Notes under the pieces: model-generated
Told to the model about the DNA's origin: nothing
The model's database searches: none
What the model saw: only the letters and a program-made list of their open reading frames with translations
Program-made: the position numbers and the translations under genes
Source: Giardia intestinalis
Lineage: Eukaryota
Assembly: GCA_000002435.2 (NCBI GenBank)
Contig: CM018791.1
Length of the DNA stretch: 64,000 nt
Reading direction: 5' to 3' (one strand)
Shown: positions 19,275-30,149 of the stretch, one piece after another
Layout of the letters: each line of letters begins with the position of its first letter
Position numbering within the stretch: position 1 is the stretch's first letter

Positions 19275-22061
19275 CTAGCTTTTATAAGCACTTCGAATCG
19301 CCTTGTATTTGTTCGCCTGGGCAGTTATATCGTCAAAATTCAGCTCCATCACAACTTGGGCACTCCGCTTGACTTCTGATGCAGCCAGAGATGCTTTTTC
19401 TGCAATGCTATCACAAAATGCACTAGAAACGGGCCTGGTTATATACCTGAAGTGTGTCGTGGCGTGTGTCGACGCGTCAACAGAGCTTTGGGCAGACTTG
19501 TCTGTGTGCTCCACGGTTTCCGTTCCAACTACAGCCTTAAAGGTGCTCTTTGCAGTCTGCGTAGTATGGGTTGCCTTCTGCTTGATCTGATAGAGCCTCA
19601 ACGCCCTTGCCCGCAATTCCCATTCGGACGAAGTATACCCCGGGACAATGTTTCGCTCATAGAAGTGCAGGGGGGTCTGTATAGCAGCCTCCTGTGGTAG
19701 CGCTGATGAGTACTTGGTAGCAGAAGGCCTGGTACCTTTGGCATCGTCACTTGGCCGCGGACGCCTGGATGTCCCATCAGCTCCAACTATGACGAGGTCA
19801 TCTGATGATATGGTTGAAAGCATGGAGTCCAGCCGTCGATACTGAACAAACACGTCCTCAGAACACATACTAGAGTACGCAGTTAGAAATGTATCACCCA
19901 AGACATCTTTAATGGTGAATGGCGAATTGAGCACGTAGTGGGTTGTCTCATTTGCGGTGAGGGCTTCTGTAAGAGACAAGTACTTGACCATGATTGTCTT
20001 ATTAACCAAAGGGACGAAGCCAGGAACACCACGAAGAAATGTACATGAGTCTGACTGCATCTTTTTGTCGCTGCTCTCTGTCAATACCATGCTTGCCATA
20101 TTGTTAACAGGTGGACTGACGTCCGTAACACCGTTGTGAAAACAGGGGTGGAGATCGATTTGATAATCGCCCTGCTCCTGCACGATCGCATCTTTATCTT
20201 TATTGAGGAGATCGTTCTGGAGAATGGTGCAGACACGGGACAAGTCCATGAGCAAGATAAGCGGTAGAAACTCTGGAGATGACAAGGACAGGGACAGAAG
20301 TGACGCCATGAACAATATAGGGTTCGCCAGGAAAATACTCCTAGTCAGAACAGAGGAGAACGCCACAAAGGCGTGGCCGTCTCCCTCTGGAAGAGAAAGG
20401 ATCTGTGAGGCGAGATCTGAAGGCGTCATTTTCAGCGCCTGACTCAGCTCCGCTTGGTCATTCCCTAGACTGAGGTTTGTAGTATTCATTGTTTGCACCT
20501 CACTGCCCTTCTTCAGAGACGTAGAATATCCTGGAAGGGCCACGGGGAAGGGTGCACCTGGCCTACTAACTGCGGGACTAAAACAAAGAACAGGGTCCAT
20601 GCCGCCAAACAGGTAATTAATTCCAAACAGATCTTCACCATCTAGCGGGCCAAAGTTGGTAAGGGTCTTGATGTATGGAAGGGGGTTTGCTGTAGTTCCT
20701 ATCTTGGACGACATGTTTATACTAAACCGAAGAATACGGGAATTAACCGTAGTCTCATCGAGCTTTTCAAGTACCGGAAAGATGGGTGTGGATGTGCTGA
20801 GGACACTGTACGTCTTTTGATACCATGTCCTGGCGACATTGAGTTCATCCATTGTATAAAGCGGGTACTTTGCGCTCACCTCTGGTAAGATTGTAAACCC
20901 ATAATCGTCAATGAATGCCATAAGCTTGGTATGCCAGTGCTTTAGTTGGTTCAGAGAGTTACATGCAAAGTATATCTCTCTGTGCTGGCGTGCAATCAGG
21001 GAAAACTTTGGGTATACGTGTGACTTCGGCACCGACTCGCGTTCGTTCAGCAACTTCTGCAACGCGGTTATTCCATGCCGAATATCCTCAGATGTCTTCG
21101 AAATAATGAGAGAGAGCACGCGGACTTCTCTGACAAAGTAAGCAAAGGCTTTTACAATGCTAACCCTGTTAATACTGTAAATTATCGTTTCGCGACACTT
21201 GGCCTGGAGAGAGGGATCTCCGCATGAGCCTAGGTCGATAGCAAATAACATCAGTGGTATGACAGAACCAGTATAAATCCCACATATTTGTGCATACTGT
21301 ACATCCACGGCTCGAACAAGAGTAGAGATGGAGTGTTCTAAAGCCTGTAGTTGAGATAGGGGAGGGTCTCCGACTACTGTAACTCCAGAAACAACATCTA
21401 CGAGCTCTCCAAGCTGCTTTATTCCCACGTGGTTCTGTTGTCCATTAGTGTCCAAGCTGTTCTCTTTTAGTAGCATGTCCCTGAAGACCAGAACGTCTGA
21501 GTGTGGCAGCACAGAGTTGAGGGAAACCTTGAGGGCATTTGACAGGAGCTTGCTATCAGACGTTGCGCCGAAAACATTTAGAGGCTGATGAATAGCGGTG
21601 ACTAGGGCTTCCAGGTGGGCATAGATGGAATCGACCTGGTCTGCACGAGAAAGTAACTCAAAGGTGTCTCTACATTGCTTGACGACATTTGAGCGGCTCT
21701 CTTCCAGCTGAGCATGATAGGACGTAAATTCGCTAATATGTGTGGCCAGTATCCGAAGAGTATGCGACGTGGTATCCGCTGGGGTTGTATGCGGGCCATT
21801 CGACCCCGTAATGAGGGACACAGATAAATTAAGCATCCTATCAAATTCTCCCCCAGACAAGTCAGAGGTACCGGGTGGAAAGCTTGCATATGCAAGTAAC
21901 ATGTAGCGCGCAACAAAATCTGCAAGAAATGGCTCAACGCTCATGCCTGCTTCATGGGACCGGTGTATTATCTGAGCAACTAGGGGTTTGAGGGCCTTGT
22001 CAGACATGATCCGGTTCCGTATTTTTTGAGAAGTTAGAAATTTGCTGGGTCCAGGCCTCAT
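19275..22061 (-). CDS. Hypothetical protein of 928 aa. An alternative start at the second ATG (22007, MSDKALKPLV...) is possible.
   Basis: 2.8 kb ORF. Only 11 bp separate its ATG (22061) from the stop of the upstream gene (22073). Confidence 0.5.
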   Translation of the reverse strand: MRPGPSKFLTSQKIRNRIMSDKALKPLVAQIIHRSHEAGMSVEPFLADFVARYMLLAYASFPPGTSDLSGGEFDRMLNLSVSLITGSNGPHTTPADTTSHTLRILATHISEFTSYHAQLEESRSNVVKQCRDTFELLSRADQVDSIYAHLEALVTAIHQPLNVFGATSDSKLLSNALKVSLNSVLPHSDVLVFRDMLLKENSLDTNGQQNHVGIKQLGELVDVVSGVTVVGDPPLSQLQALEHSISTLVRAVDVQYAQICGIYTGSVIPLMLFAIDLGSCGDPSLQAKCRETIIYSINRVSIVKAFAYFVREVRVLSLIISKTSEDIRHGITALQKLLNERESVPKSHVYPKFSLIARQHREIYFACNSLNQLKHWHTKLMAFIDDYGFTILPEVSAKYPLYTMDELNVARTWYQKTYSVLSTSTPIFPVLEKLDETTVNSRILRFSINMSSKIGTTANPLPYIKTLTNFGPLDGEDLFGINYLFGGMDPVLCFSPAVSRPGAPFPVALPGYSTSLKKGSEVQTMNTTNLSLGNDQAELSQALKMTPSDLASQILSLPEGDGHAFVAFSSVLTRSIFLANPILFMASLLSLSLSSPEFLPLILLMDLSRVCTILQNDLLNKDKDAIVQEQGDYQIDLHPCFHNGVTDVSPPVNNMASMVLTESSDKKMQSDSCTFLRGVPGFVPLVNKTIMVKYLSLTEALTANETTHYVLNSPFTIKDVLGDTFLTAYSSMCSEDVFVQYRRLDSMLSTISSDDLVIVGADGTSRRPRPSDDAKGTRPSATKYSSALPQEAAIQTPLHFYERNIVPGYTSSEWELRARALRLYQIKQKATHTTQTAKSTFKAVVGTETVEHTDKSAQSSVDASTHATTHFRYITRPVSSAFCDSIAEKASLAASEVKRSAQVVMELNFDDITAQANKYKAIRSAYKS

Positions 22062-22072
22062 CTCAGGTTGGC

Positions 22073-24181
22073 TTACGTAACTAGGTTATTTGTTCGTGCA
22101 CATATAAGTGCTAGCTCGACACTTTCTTCCATTCTTGTAGAGGCCCCTACCAACGCCACATGTACAGCATTTAATCCTCTAGATGACACCGACAGAAGAT
22201 CAGAGTATTGTGCCAACGCAGGGTCTGTCCCCAATCTTAAATCCCTCACGAGAGAGATATAGCTATAGTAGTCCATCGACATCATAAGACTTGCCAGGCT
22301 TTTTAGCCTAATTGATCGCAGAATGGTCTCCTCCAGATGTAAGGATTTGCAATAGTCAGTGTTTCGCAGAAGTGCAGGACTATACTGCTGGTCAGTTGCA
22401 GACGCTATACCCTGAATTATCAAATGCAGTGAATCCCCACTTAGTTGTAGTTCACCGTCTTGCACAGGACGTGCCTGCAACGTTAAGTCGTCGGCTACGT
22501 AGAGCCTTGTGTTCTTATCTGCAGTATTGTATATTTTGGTGTTGGTCACTGTTGTACATGGAACGCTTGCACAAACAGCGTATGGCCCACCGGTGTCATC
22601 ATCTGTTGGCGGGGGAGAGATAATCTGCTCGAATCCATCTATGATGAGATTGCTGAGGTAGATGGGAGACGGCTCGAACAATGAATCAGAGCCAGGGCCA
22701 GAGGGGAAAAAAGCTACCGAGACAGCTAGCTGCTTAAAGGGCAGATACTTTTGCGATCGCACCAATGAAAACTCACAGGTGGATGTGTTAAGAAAGACAA
22801 GCAGCCCCAGCTCCGTAGAAAGCCCATTTTCTGCAGTCGCTAATTTGAGCGATGGTGGTATTTGAATAAGTATCATCCTGCACACGGCTTTCAAAGAAAG
22901 AGTAATTGTTTGCAGGTTATGCGCCTGATTGAAGTGCTTCTTAACGTCCAGCTCAATGCTTGCCAAGGGAGTGTTCGCCCACGACGACGTGTGACGGGGA
23001 GATGGCGCTGGAGATGCATTGTTCATCTTTAAGCGGGCTTGCATATTTGCTATTTCTCTCTCTAGGCCAGCAACTTCCTTCGTTAGTGAAGATATCTTCG
23101 AAGATAGGCTTTTATTTGACATGGGAGGCGATGATGAAAATAGAAGGTCAATATCGCCATTCTCATGCACGGCAAGACAAGCTGCATCATGGAAATGCAT
23201 AGATATCTGTGGATCTAAAGAGTAGAGATGAGGAAGAACCTTTGGGTAGATAGTCTCTGCTACAGTGACACACGTGGCTGAACTGTGAGAGAGGGCCATC
23301 CACTGGACTTGTGTTTGCAGGCCTTTGTCACGGGATCTGATGATGAAGAACGTCGTCTCAGCTGGGGTCCTCGACGGACCCATGATGACACGCTCGTCAG
23401 GGTGAAGCTTGGTTAGCTCCACATGAGTATAAGGCTCTTTGAGCAGCAAGTAATATAGGACATCTGACCTGGATCGAAGAAGAATCTCCAGCGTATATGG
23501 ATTGCAATATATGTCCTTTATTCCCTCAACTTTTAATCTGTCTATAACAACCATGTCCAGTATCTCTGGCACAGATAGGTCAATGTTATATATGCACAGC
23601 TTACCTGTTTCGAATAGAGCCCAGAGCCTAAGATCAGTTTTTCCTTGATGCTCGTGGAGAAGGGGCACAACCTTCAGGAGCCTCTCGTCAAAATCTGAAA
23701 AGCGGTGCACAGCCTTTATCCTGGTATCTTCCTTTGCTAGCATGGCAGTAAACAAACTGGCGTGAGTGTGCCCAACAATAACATGGAGATGCTCTATGCT
23801 ATTCTCCTGCAGCAATCGCACAAAGGGTTGATGAGTCACGTACTGAGAAACAATCTTTAGAGAAAGACGTGCTGCCGACGCGTTAAGAAGGGGATCCGAT
23901 GATGTCAGTACAAGGTCTTTGTCATTATAGCGCAGCAGTCCGGTCTGTCTTGAGAACGAAAAGAATGTGTTTATGTTGTTAGATATGGGATAGATCGTGG
24001 CATTGGCGCTTGCAAGAGACGAGCTGAGCCGTACTGAGCCGTCGGCGTGAATGATTAGAGCATGACATCCATCATCGAGCAAAATCTCTCTCTTTGAGGG
24101 ATTCGTATGAACAGAGAATGCTTCCAGAACTCCATGCACATTCAGAAGAGGTATAATGGATGAGCGCTGAGGAGAAGACAT
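22073..24181 (-). CDS. Hypothetical protein of 702 aa with an internal coiled-coil (SLTKEVAGLEREIANMQARLKMNN).
   Basis: ORF with an ATG at 24181 after an AT-rich leader (ttgatttatcgatagATG). Confidence 0.5.
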   Translation of the reverse strand: MSSPQRSSIIPLLNVHGVLEAFSVHTNPSKREILLDDGCHALIIHADGSVRLSSSLASANATIYPISNNINTFFSFSRQTGLLRYNDKDLVLTSSDPLLNASAARLSLKIVSQYVTHQPFVRLLQENSIEHLHVIVGHTHASLFTAMLAKEDTRIKAVHRFSDFDERLLKVVPLLHEHQGKTDLRLWALFETGKLCIYNIDLSVPEILDMVVIDRLKVEGIKDIYCNPYTLEILLRSRSDVLYYLLLKEPYTHVELTKLHPDERVIMGPSRTPAETTFFIIRSRDKGLQTQVQWMALSHSSATCVTVAETIYPKVLPHLYSLDPQISMHFHDAACLAVHENGDIDLLFSSSPPMSNKSLSSKISSLTKEVAGLEREIANMQARLKMNNASPAPSPRHTSSWANTPLASIELDVKKHFNQAHNLQTITLSLKAVCRMILIQIPPSLKLATAENGLSTELGLLVFLNTSTCEFSLVRSQKYLPFKQLAVSVAFFPSGPGSDSLFEPSPIYLSNLIIDGFEQIISPPPTDDDTGGPYAVCASVPCTTVTNTKIYNTADKNTRLYVADDLTLQARPVQDGELQLSGDSLHLIIQGIASATDQQYSPALLRNTDYCKSLHLEETILRSIRLKSLASLMMSMDYYSYISLVRDLRLGTDPALAQYSDLLSVSSRGLNAVHVALVGASTRMEESVELALICARTNNLVT

Positions 24182-24362
24182 CTATCGATAAATCAACTTT
24201 TAGAATTGTGGGAGGTTTGAAGCACTGTCGAAGGCTACCTAAAGCACTTGCAAACTAGTATACGATATCAGCTTGATGCGGGCATATGCAAAAGCCACTA
24301 GAAGTTCTAGTATCTCCTCAGAGTTGCTCGGTAGAAAGAAAGATAGAAAGAAATAAATTGCC

Positions 24363-25301
24363 ATGTCCATCATTACTACGCGTACAGCTAATATTCATTC
24401 TGCTATCCGTGGTCACAAATCATGCACCCTAGATGGAAAGGTGTACTCTGTTTGTTCAAACCGTCTGCCAATAACCTCAGAGCTCTCTATCGCATGTACT
24501 GTTGCAAGGGACGGTCTCTTAAATGTTAGCTACCTTCGTTTCAACATCGCAACAGAGCTGGATGTGTCATCAGCGGCTATCTGTCGCTTTGGTACGGCTC
24601 TGCTGCTTGCAATACCTTCGGTTGACCGCCCCCTCGAGTTCTTCACGTTCTGTCCAGAGAGCAATCAGCTAAAGGAACTCCGAGGGCCAACAGTAGCCAG
24701 TAGGTGGCGCTTTTCGATAATAGAAGTGAGTCCAGATATTGTCCTCCTCTGCGGAGGTGACTTTGTTCGAAAATGCTACTTGCTGGACTTCGCTAAGAGA
24801 ACACTCTCCGAAACAGGTAAGCTTCCATTTGTTGCATCAAGCATGACTCTCATTACACTCAGTAATGGGCTTATCGCTGCTCCCACGTGCGCGGTAGCAG
24901 GACAGTTTCCAACCAATAAGTGTCTTTTCTATTCTGTATCCACAGGAACGTGGCGCGTCCAATTGCTCCCCATTCCTGAGCATGTCCACTATGGTGTTGT
25001 TGTTCTTGCAGATCAATTGCTACTTCTTCTGACTCCAAGAGCACAGCAGAAGGGCCTTCTAGAGTTCCGTGGATATGTTTACAATCACAAGACCAATGTC
25101 GTGTATAGGATGGAGAGGCCAGACTTTCCATCTTACTGTGATCCGGTAGTATTTGTGAACTCAGGGCGTCTTTACGTGGTGGGTGGCATGCAGAATGGTA
25201 AGGTATCTTCCACCGTTCATGACATCACCCTGACCGCGTTTGTCACATGTTTCAAAAACACAGAACTACGCTCCCTGTTGAAGGAGGAATTCGGTGTGTA
25301 A
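24363..25301 (+). CDS. Hypothetical protein of 312 aa, possibly a kelch-like beta-propeller fold (repeated ...VVGG... strands; RLYVVGGMQNGK).
   Basis: ORF with an ATG at 24363 after agaaataaattgccATG. The fold assignment is weak. Confidence 0.4.
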   Translation: MSIITTRTANIHSAIRGHKSCTLDGKVYSVCSNRLPITSELSIACTVARDGLLNVSYLRFNIATELDVSSAAICRFGTALLLAIPSVDRPLEFFTFCPESNQLKELRGPTVASRWRFSIIEVSPDIVLLCGGDFVRKCYLLDFAKRTLSETGKLPFVASSMTLITLSNGLIAAPTCAVAGQFPTNKCLFYSVSTGTWRVQLLPIPEHVHYGVVVLADQLLLLLTPRAQQKGLLEFRGYVYNHKTNVVYRMERPDFPSYCDPVVFVNSGRLYVVGGMQNGKVSSTVHDITLTAFVTCFKNTELRSLLKEEFGV

Positions 25302-25373
25302 CACCCAGAACAAAAGCAAGAGTCCAATTCACTATCACATAGCACGCACTTGATGCCACGCCATTACGGGACC

Positions 25374-27041
25374 TCACGGAGTCAGCCTCTCCTGGGTCCT
25401 TGGGAATAGACACGTCTGACGGCAGTTTTCAATTCCAAGCATCAGCATAACGATCCTTTCCAGACCAAGTCCTGCCCCGCCATGTGGTGCACATCCGTAT
25501 CTGAAAGCGTCTATGTATGACCTCAGAGACTCTGGATCCACGTTGCGCTCTCTGCACTGCTTCTCCAAGAGCTCCGGATCGTGAACACGCTGGGCCCCTG
25601 AGCATATCTCTTCGCCACGAATGAACATGTCATAACTATTAGAGTACCTGCCGTCGTGGGGATCGGGCATGGTGTAGAATGGCCTGGCATTCAGAGGGAA
25701 CTTGTCAAGAATATAGAAATCTGTGTTATACTTCTCCTTGATGAGTTTTCCTAGTGCCCGCTCATTTTCAGTGCTTAGATCATCCAATGGAGAGGCTTCA
25801 TATCCCGCCTCTTGGAGCATCTTGATCCCATCGCAGAAAGTGACAATTACAGTCTCATCTGCCCAGACAAGAGGCTCAGGAGCTGTCAGGTCGTATTGTG
25901 TGCGGACAATGGACATCTCCTTTGAACACCTCGCCTCTACCGCTTTGAATATGTGCTTCATAAGATCCCCTAACAGGACAAGGATCTCCGTGTACGACTC
26001 GTATATCTCCATTTCTAAATCAAGACCGATGAACTCACAAAGGTGACGGTGGGTGTGAGAATGTTCAGCTCTAAAGACAGGCCCAACTTCATACACACGA
26101 CCAAAACCACTCGAGATGCACATCTGCTTGTAGAGCTGCGGCGACTGGGCCAAGCATGCCTTAGTGTTGAAATAATTAACGTTAAAAACGGCTGCTCCGC
26201 CTTCTGACGTTCCGGCAACTATCTTGGGGGTATTGATTTCAATGAAGCCAGCCTTATCCAGGAAGGATCGGAATTCGTGCGCAATTGCGCTCCTCACGCG
26301 CATTATGGCTTGATTGGTCGGGGTGCGGAGATCAATGACTCTATAGTCTTGCTTGGTGTCCTTGCCCGGGCGCACATATTGACTGTCTGGTGCTTGATAG
26401 ACAGAGTCTGGACGCATAGCGTCATCCACCTGTAGAGGCATTTGGCTTGCTGCCCGCGATATAGCGTATATCTTTTCAAGTTGAAGCTCGTAGTCCCTAT
26501 GCTCTGCACTGGCCGTTTTAATTGGTGCATCCACAGAGGAGAGAGCTCCACAGACTTCCACAACAGATTCAGGGGGCAAAGAGTTGATGTATTTGATCAT
26601 TGCTCTGTACTCGTCTACTTTCTCAGCCGAACCCTCCGACTTTCCCGGGACGAAACAGCATGCCTGAAGAATCGCCATCTTTCCGCGGAGCATTAGGAAC
26701 GCGCTCTTTCCAGTAGCGCGGACCGTATGAATCCGTGCACGGACCCAAACCTTATGGCCAACAAGATGGGTAAGAGGCCTGTCTATATCAGTCAGCTTGC
26801 GGAATGATGATAGTTCCGGTTGTGACATGTGAAGAGGAGCGTCTCCAAACCGCAAGCGTCTAAATTGAGCGGTTGTGAGAACCGGAGGAATATACGCCTC
26901 TGCAAAGTCCACTCCAGCCTGCTTGCTTTTATTCTCTGCCCTCTTCGCTTGCTTTTCTGCCTCTTTTGCAGCCTTTTTCAGAGCCTTCTTGGACAGTTCA
27001 GCGGGCTGTTGGGGTGCTGGGTCGGCCATTTTAATTCGCAT
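25374..27041 (-). CDS. Cytosolic aspartyl-tRNA synthetase (class IIb). The real start is possibly the second ATG at 27029 (MADPAP...).
   Basis: Motif 2 GPVFRAEHSHTHRHLCEFIGLDLEME and motif 3 GGAGLGLERIVMLMLGIENCRQTCLFPRTQERLTP. Long colinear matches to human DARS (QSPQLYKQMCI..., KEKYDTDFYILDKYPL..RPFYTMPDP, SNSYDMFMRGEEI.SGAQRIHDP). Lys-rich N-terminal extension typical of the eukaryotic enzyme. Confidence 0.9.
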   Translation of the reverse strand: MRIKMADPAPQQPAELSKKALKKAAKEAEKQAKRAENKSKQAGVDFAEAYIPPVLTTAQFRRLRFGDAPLHMSQPELSSFRKLTDIDRPLTHLVGHKVWVRARIHTVRATGKSAFLMLRGKMAILQACCFVPGKSEGSAEKVDEYRAMIKYINSLPPESVVEVCGALSSVDAPIKTASAEHRDYELQLEKIYAISRAASQMPLQVDDAMRPDSVYQAPDSQYVRPGKDTKQDYRVIDLRTPTNQAIMRVRSAIAHEFRSFLDKAGFIEINTPKIVAGTSEGGAAVFNVNYFNTKACLAQSPQLYKQMCISSGFGRVYEVGPVFRAEHSHTHRHLCEFIGLDLEMEIYESYTEILVLLGDLMKHIFKAVEARCSKEMSIVRTQYDLTAPEPLVWADETVIVTFCDGIKMLQEAGYEASPLDDLSTENERALGKLIKEKYNTDFYILDKFPLNARPFYTMPDPHDGRYSNSYDMFIRGEEICSGAQRVHDPELLEKQCRERNVDPESLRSYIDAFRYGCAPHGGAGLGLERIVMLMLGIENCRQTCLFPRTQERLTP

Positions 27042-27177
27042 TGGTGAAAAATGCCTAAAAAATGAAAAAATTTAATATAAATCTTGATATCAATAATCCC
27101 ACAACAATCTCTTAAAAAATAATTTATTAGCTTGCAGTTAAATCAAGAATGCAGTAGTATTGCGATTACTTACACGG

Positions 27178-30114
27178 TTAGGCACTCATCTCATAGAACT
27201 TGAAAACAGCCGCTTGGCATCTGGAGGGGCAATCCAGATACAGATACAAGTCTCCCAGAAGGAGCTTCACGGCCCTTAGTAGGTGGGGACTTCCCCGTTC
27301 GCTCATAGGGATCAAGACCATCATTATGTCTAACAGCTCTAGCTCATGCTCTCCTTCGAATGATAGGCTTTCAATCGGCTTTGACTCTGCTAGCACGACA
27401 GGGATCGTGCTATAGGAAGACCTGCTAACGTCTACAAATTGGCAATCCTCAAACAGGACAGAACTAAAGAACCACATAACCACAAGCATGCAGCACAGCT
27501 CATCGGGATCGAAGCGACCCCACAGCTTGTTGCAATGCACATAGTAGATGGCCTTTCTCACGTCGTGTATATATGGAACTGATCCAACATCTAGTCCGCC
27601 ATGGACAAGCTTGCTGCCGACCTGCGAGGCCCAAAGGCGTAACTGAATTACGAGGGCATTGTCTGATGATAGGTCTTTAGTTGTCAATACGAGCGAGTCT
27701 GGATACTCCCGTGCCACAGCCTTATCACCGTCTACACAGGTTATGCACTTAACTTCTCCAGGTCCTGCTTTCTGTTTGGTTGTGCTTACAGGCTCATCCA
27801 ACCTGCTGCTTATGAAACTAGTGTTCTTAACAGTCATGGCACCAAGATGTCCGATGTAATTAAAGAGCTCTGTGATTGCACGGCCAATAAATGTTGCTGA
27901 GATCGCCTGTTTAATGGTGGACTCGGTTGTAAACAGGTAGCACGCATCCTCAATACTATGAATATCGTAAATGTCACGTATTAGAAAGGCCCGCGTGTAA
28001 ATAATAGACGTCAGAGCATGACGGATAGATGACCAAGACGAGAATGATGTGTAAAGGGCATAGTAGTAAGTCTCAGTGAGGGTCTTGATGTAGTCCTTTA
28101 AGTTCTGTGTACGCATCTTAGAGAGGGTGAAAGAGCGAGATGGCGGATAAATAGCAACGCTTGGCAGTCGCACAGTACCTGAGCCGGGCGGAGAGTGTGT
28201 TATGGTGTTATAGTTAGTGAAGCAATTCAGCTGCATTGGTGTACCATATGGAGCTTCAATCCATGCTTTCTTCGCCTGTATGTCATCTTTTGTCACGGTC
28301 TTCAAGTCATTGAGATAGGTTGGACCCCCAATGGTCCCGGGTGCGTATCTCTTCCCCACCTCTACCCTATTAAATCGCGTGCCTGGAGGGCAAATATTAC
28401 GAGGCTCTGTGCTGTTCCATTTTGATGGCATCGTCCCAGCAATCTTATCGAGTGTCTTGAGCGTATGAGGCACCAGACTGGAATCATAGCCCTCACGCAT
28501 CTTTGAGTAGGCTGACACTGTCTTACTTCTATCAACTGGAGGCTCGATTGAAAGTGGCTTTTGTATTTCTCCGACAGAGCGTGCCAGGTTGACCGTGGCT
28601 TTACCACCTCGTCGATGCGTACAGACAGAGGTACCAACCCTGTTGCTGATTGCATCTCTACTAGACTTTAGGTTCATTCCTCCAGAGAGCACGTTGTTGG
28701 GTGTGTCATCTTGTAAGGACACCTTTTTATGATACTCTGCGGTGGCTACTAATAGATCACAAGCCACCTTACACATCATGACAATAATGTCAGTGTCGGC
28801 AGCCTTGGAGTTCTCTATCATATTAATTGCATCTTCGTTATTAAGCTTATAGTATGTCCTGGGGTCTCGGATGTTAAACTGCGGGATTCCAGGATTGATG
28901 GCAGATATATCTGACACTTGTAAATTCTGTGTCGATTTGCTTAGTACAAGTCCGCGTCTACTTAACTTCAAAGGGATCTGCATCGGAGACTTGGGCATGT
29001 TTTGGTAAACAGACCCGCTTGCACCCAGGGCGTTTTGGATGAGCATACTCTCTGCGATCGTATGAGCCGGGCTCTCTTCTGGTTCGTCATCAATAGCAAT
29101 GAATTGCGATGAAGAAGAAAGGTCTTGCAAGGCATCTGACACGGAAAGGGCCATAGGGTTGCCAAGAAATTGGCGGTACGGCTCTAGGTTGATGGTTGTT
29201 TTGTTCTGCAGGCTCATAAGGTCAAATTCTTCCTCCTTATTATGCGATGCATGCATAGCCGATGAACCTTTGGTGTATGTGTGTCTTCGTGTTTGCCAAG
29301 TCTCACTAAGCTCCATGCCAGCGTCCGAGATTCGCAGCCACACATTGTTAAAGATAGTTATTATAAGCCCAAGGGACCTTGTGCAGAGGGACTCGTACTC
29401 CAGTTCGTTTTCAGAAATGATTTCGAGATGATAGAGTTTGTTTACGAGTTCCGCCGCGAGAAGTAGAAGATAGCATTCATTAGATAGCCCCAGAGACGTC
29501 GAGCTTATCTCTGCTTTAAAGACAGCAAGCGTGGGGAGCAACGAATTGGATATTCTTTGCCGCTCGTTGAAGTAAGCATTGCGTGGGTCAAGCACATTGG
29601 CAGTAGAGCTCTTCGCGCCTTTGGAGCCATGCTGCCCCGTGTTAGTGGTCTTTGTATTTGTCGTGAGAATTTGCTCCGTGTCACAGTGAAACGTAGTAAG
29701 ATAGGAGCCGGTCACGACCATGTTGCAGTAGCTCAAGATGTCCAGGTCACTGAGCATCCCCTTTCCATAGCTCCAAAAGACTGTCCGTATAATTTCGGGC
29801 TGGATAACCTCAGCACAATGGTATGGCATGAAAACTCGATTGCAGATGGAGAGAACATTTCTAATCGAGCATAACTCCGTGAAGTAAGCCATCAGGGCAG
29901 AGGCAATGGCGTTAACGATGTCTGTGTAATGAGCCTGCTCTTGCGCATTAAACTTGACAAGTACTCTGGGGTCTAGCTTCAGGCACGGCAGAATGTCAAG
30001 AAACCCCGCTAACGTGCCCGAAATCTCAGCCCTTACCTTGGGATGAGCAAGATTTTCCTGAAGAATTGTCTGCAAAGCGGCGTACTGGCTTTCTAACGAG
30101 TTTAAGTCTATCAT
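27178..30114 (-). CDS. Hypothetical protein of 978 aa.
   Basis: 2.9 kb ORF with an ATG start. No recognisable motifs. Confidence 0.5.
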   Translation of the reverse strand: MIDLNSLESQYAALQTILQENLAHPKVRAEISGTLAGFLDILPCLKLDPRVLVKFNAQEQAHYTDIVNAIASALMAYFTELCSIRNVLSICNRVFMPYHCAEVIQPEIIRTVFWSYGKGMLSDLDILSYCNMVVTGSYLTTFHCDTEQILTTNTKTTNTGQHGSKGAKSSTANVLDPRNAYFNERQRISNSLLPTLAVFKAEISSTSLGLSNECYLLLLAAELVNKLYHLEIISENELEYESLCTRSLGLIITIFNNVWLRISDAGMELSETWQTRRHTYTKGSSAMHASHNKEEEFDLMSLQNKTTINLEPYRQFLGNPMALSVSDALQDLSSSSQFIAIDDEPEESPAHTIAESMLIQNALGASGSVYQNMPKSPMQIPLKLSRRGLVLSKSTQNLQVSDISAINPGIPQFNIRDPRTYYKLNNEDAINMIENSKAADTDIIVMMCKVACDLLVATAEYHKKVSLQDDTPNNVLSGGMNLKSSRDAISNRVGTSVCTHRRGGKATVNLARSVGEIQKPLSIEPPVDRSKTVSAYSKMREGYDSSLVPHTLKTLDKIAGTMPSKWNSTEPRNICPPGTRFNRVEVGKRYAPGTIGGPTYLNDLKTVTKDDIQAKKAWIEAPYGTPMQLNCFTNYNTITHSPPGSGTVRLPSVAIYPPSRSFTLSKMRTQNLKDYIKTLTETYYYALYTSFSSWSSIRHALTSIIYTRAFLIRDIYDIHSIEDACYLFTTESTIKQAISATFIGRAITELFNYIGHLGAMTVKNTSFISSRLDEPVSTTKQKAGPGEVKCITCVDGDKAVAREYPDSLVLTTKDLSSDNALVIQLRLWASQVGSKLVHGGLDVGSVPYIHDVRKAIYYVHCNKLWGRFDPDELCCMLVVMWFFSSVLFEDCQFVDVSRSSYSTIPVVLAESKPIESLSFEGEHELELLDIMMVLIPMSERGSPHLLRAVKLLLGDLYLYLDCPSRCQAAVFKFYEMSA

Positions 30115-30149
30115 CAGAAGAGAAATCGGTTTACTTAAACACTATGTAA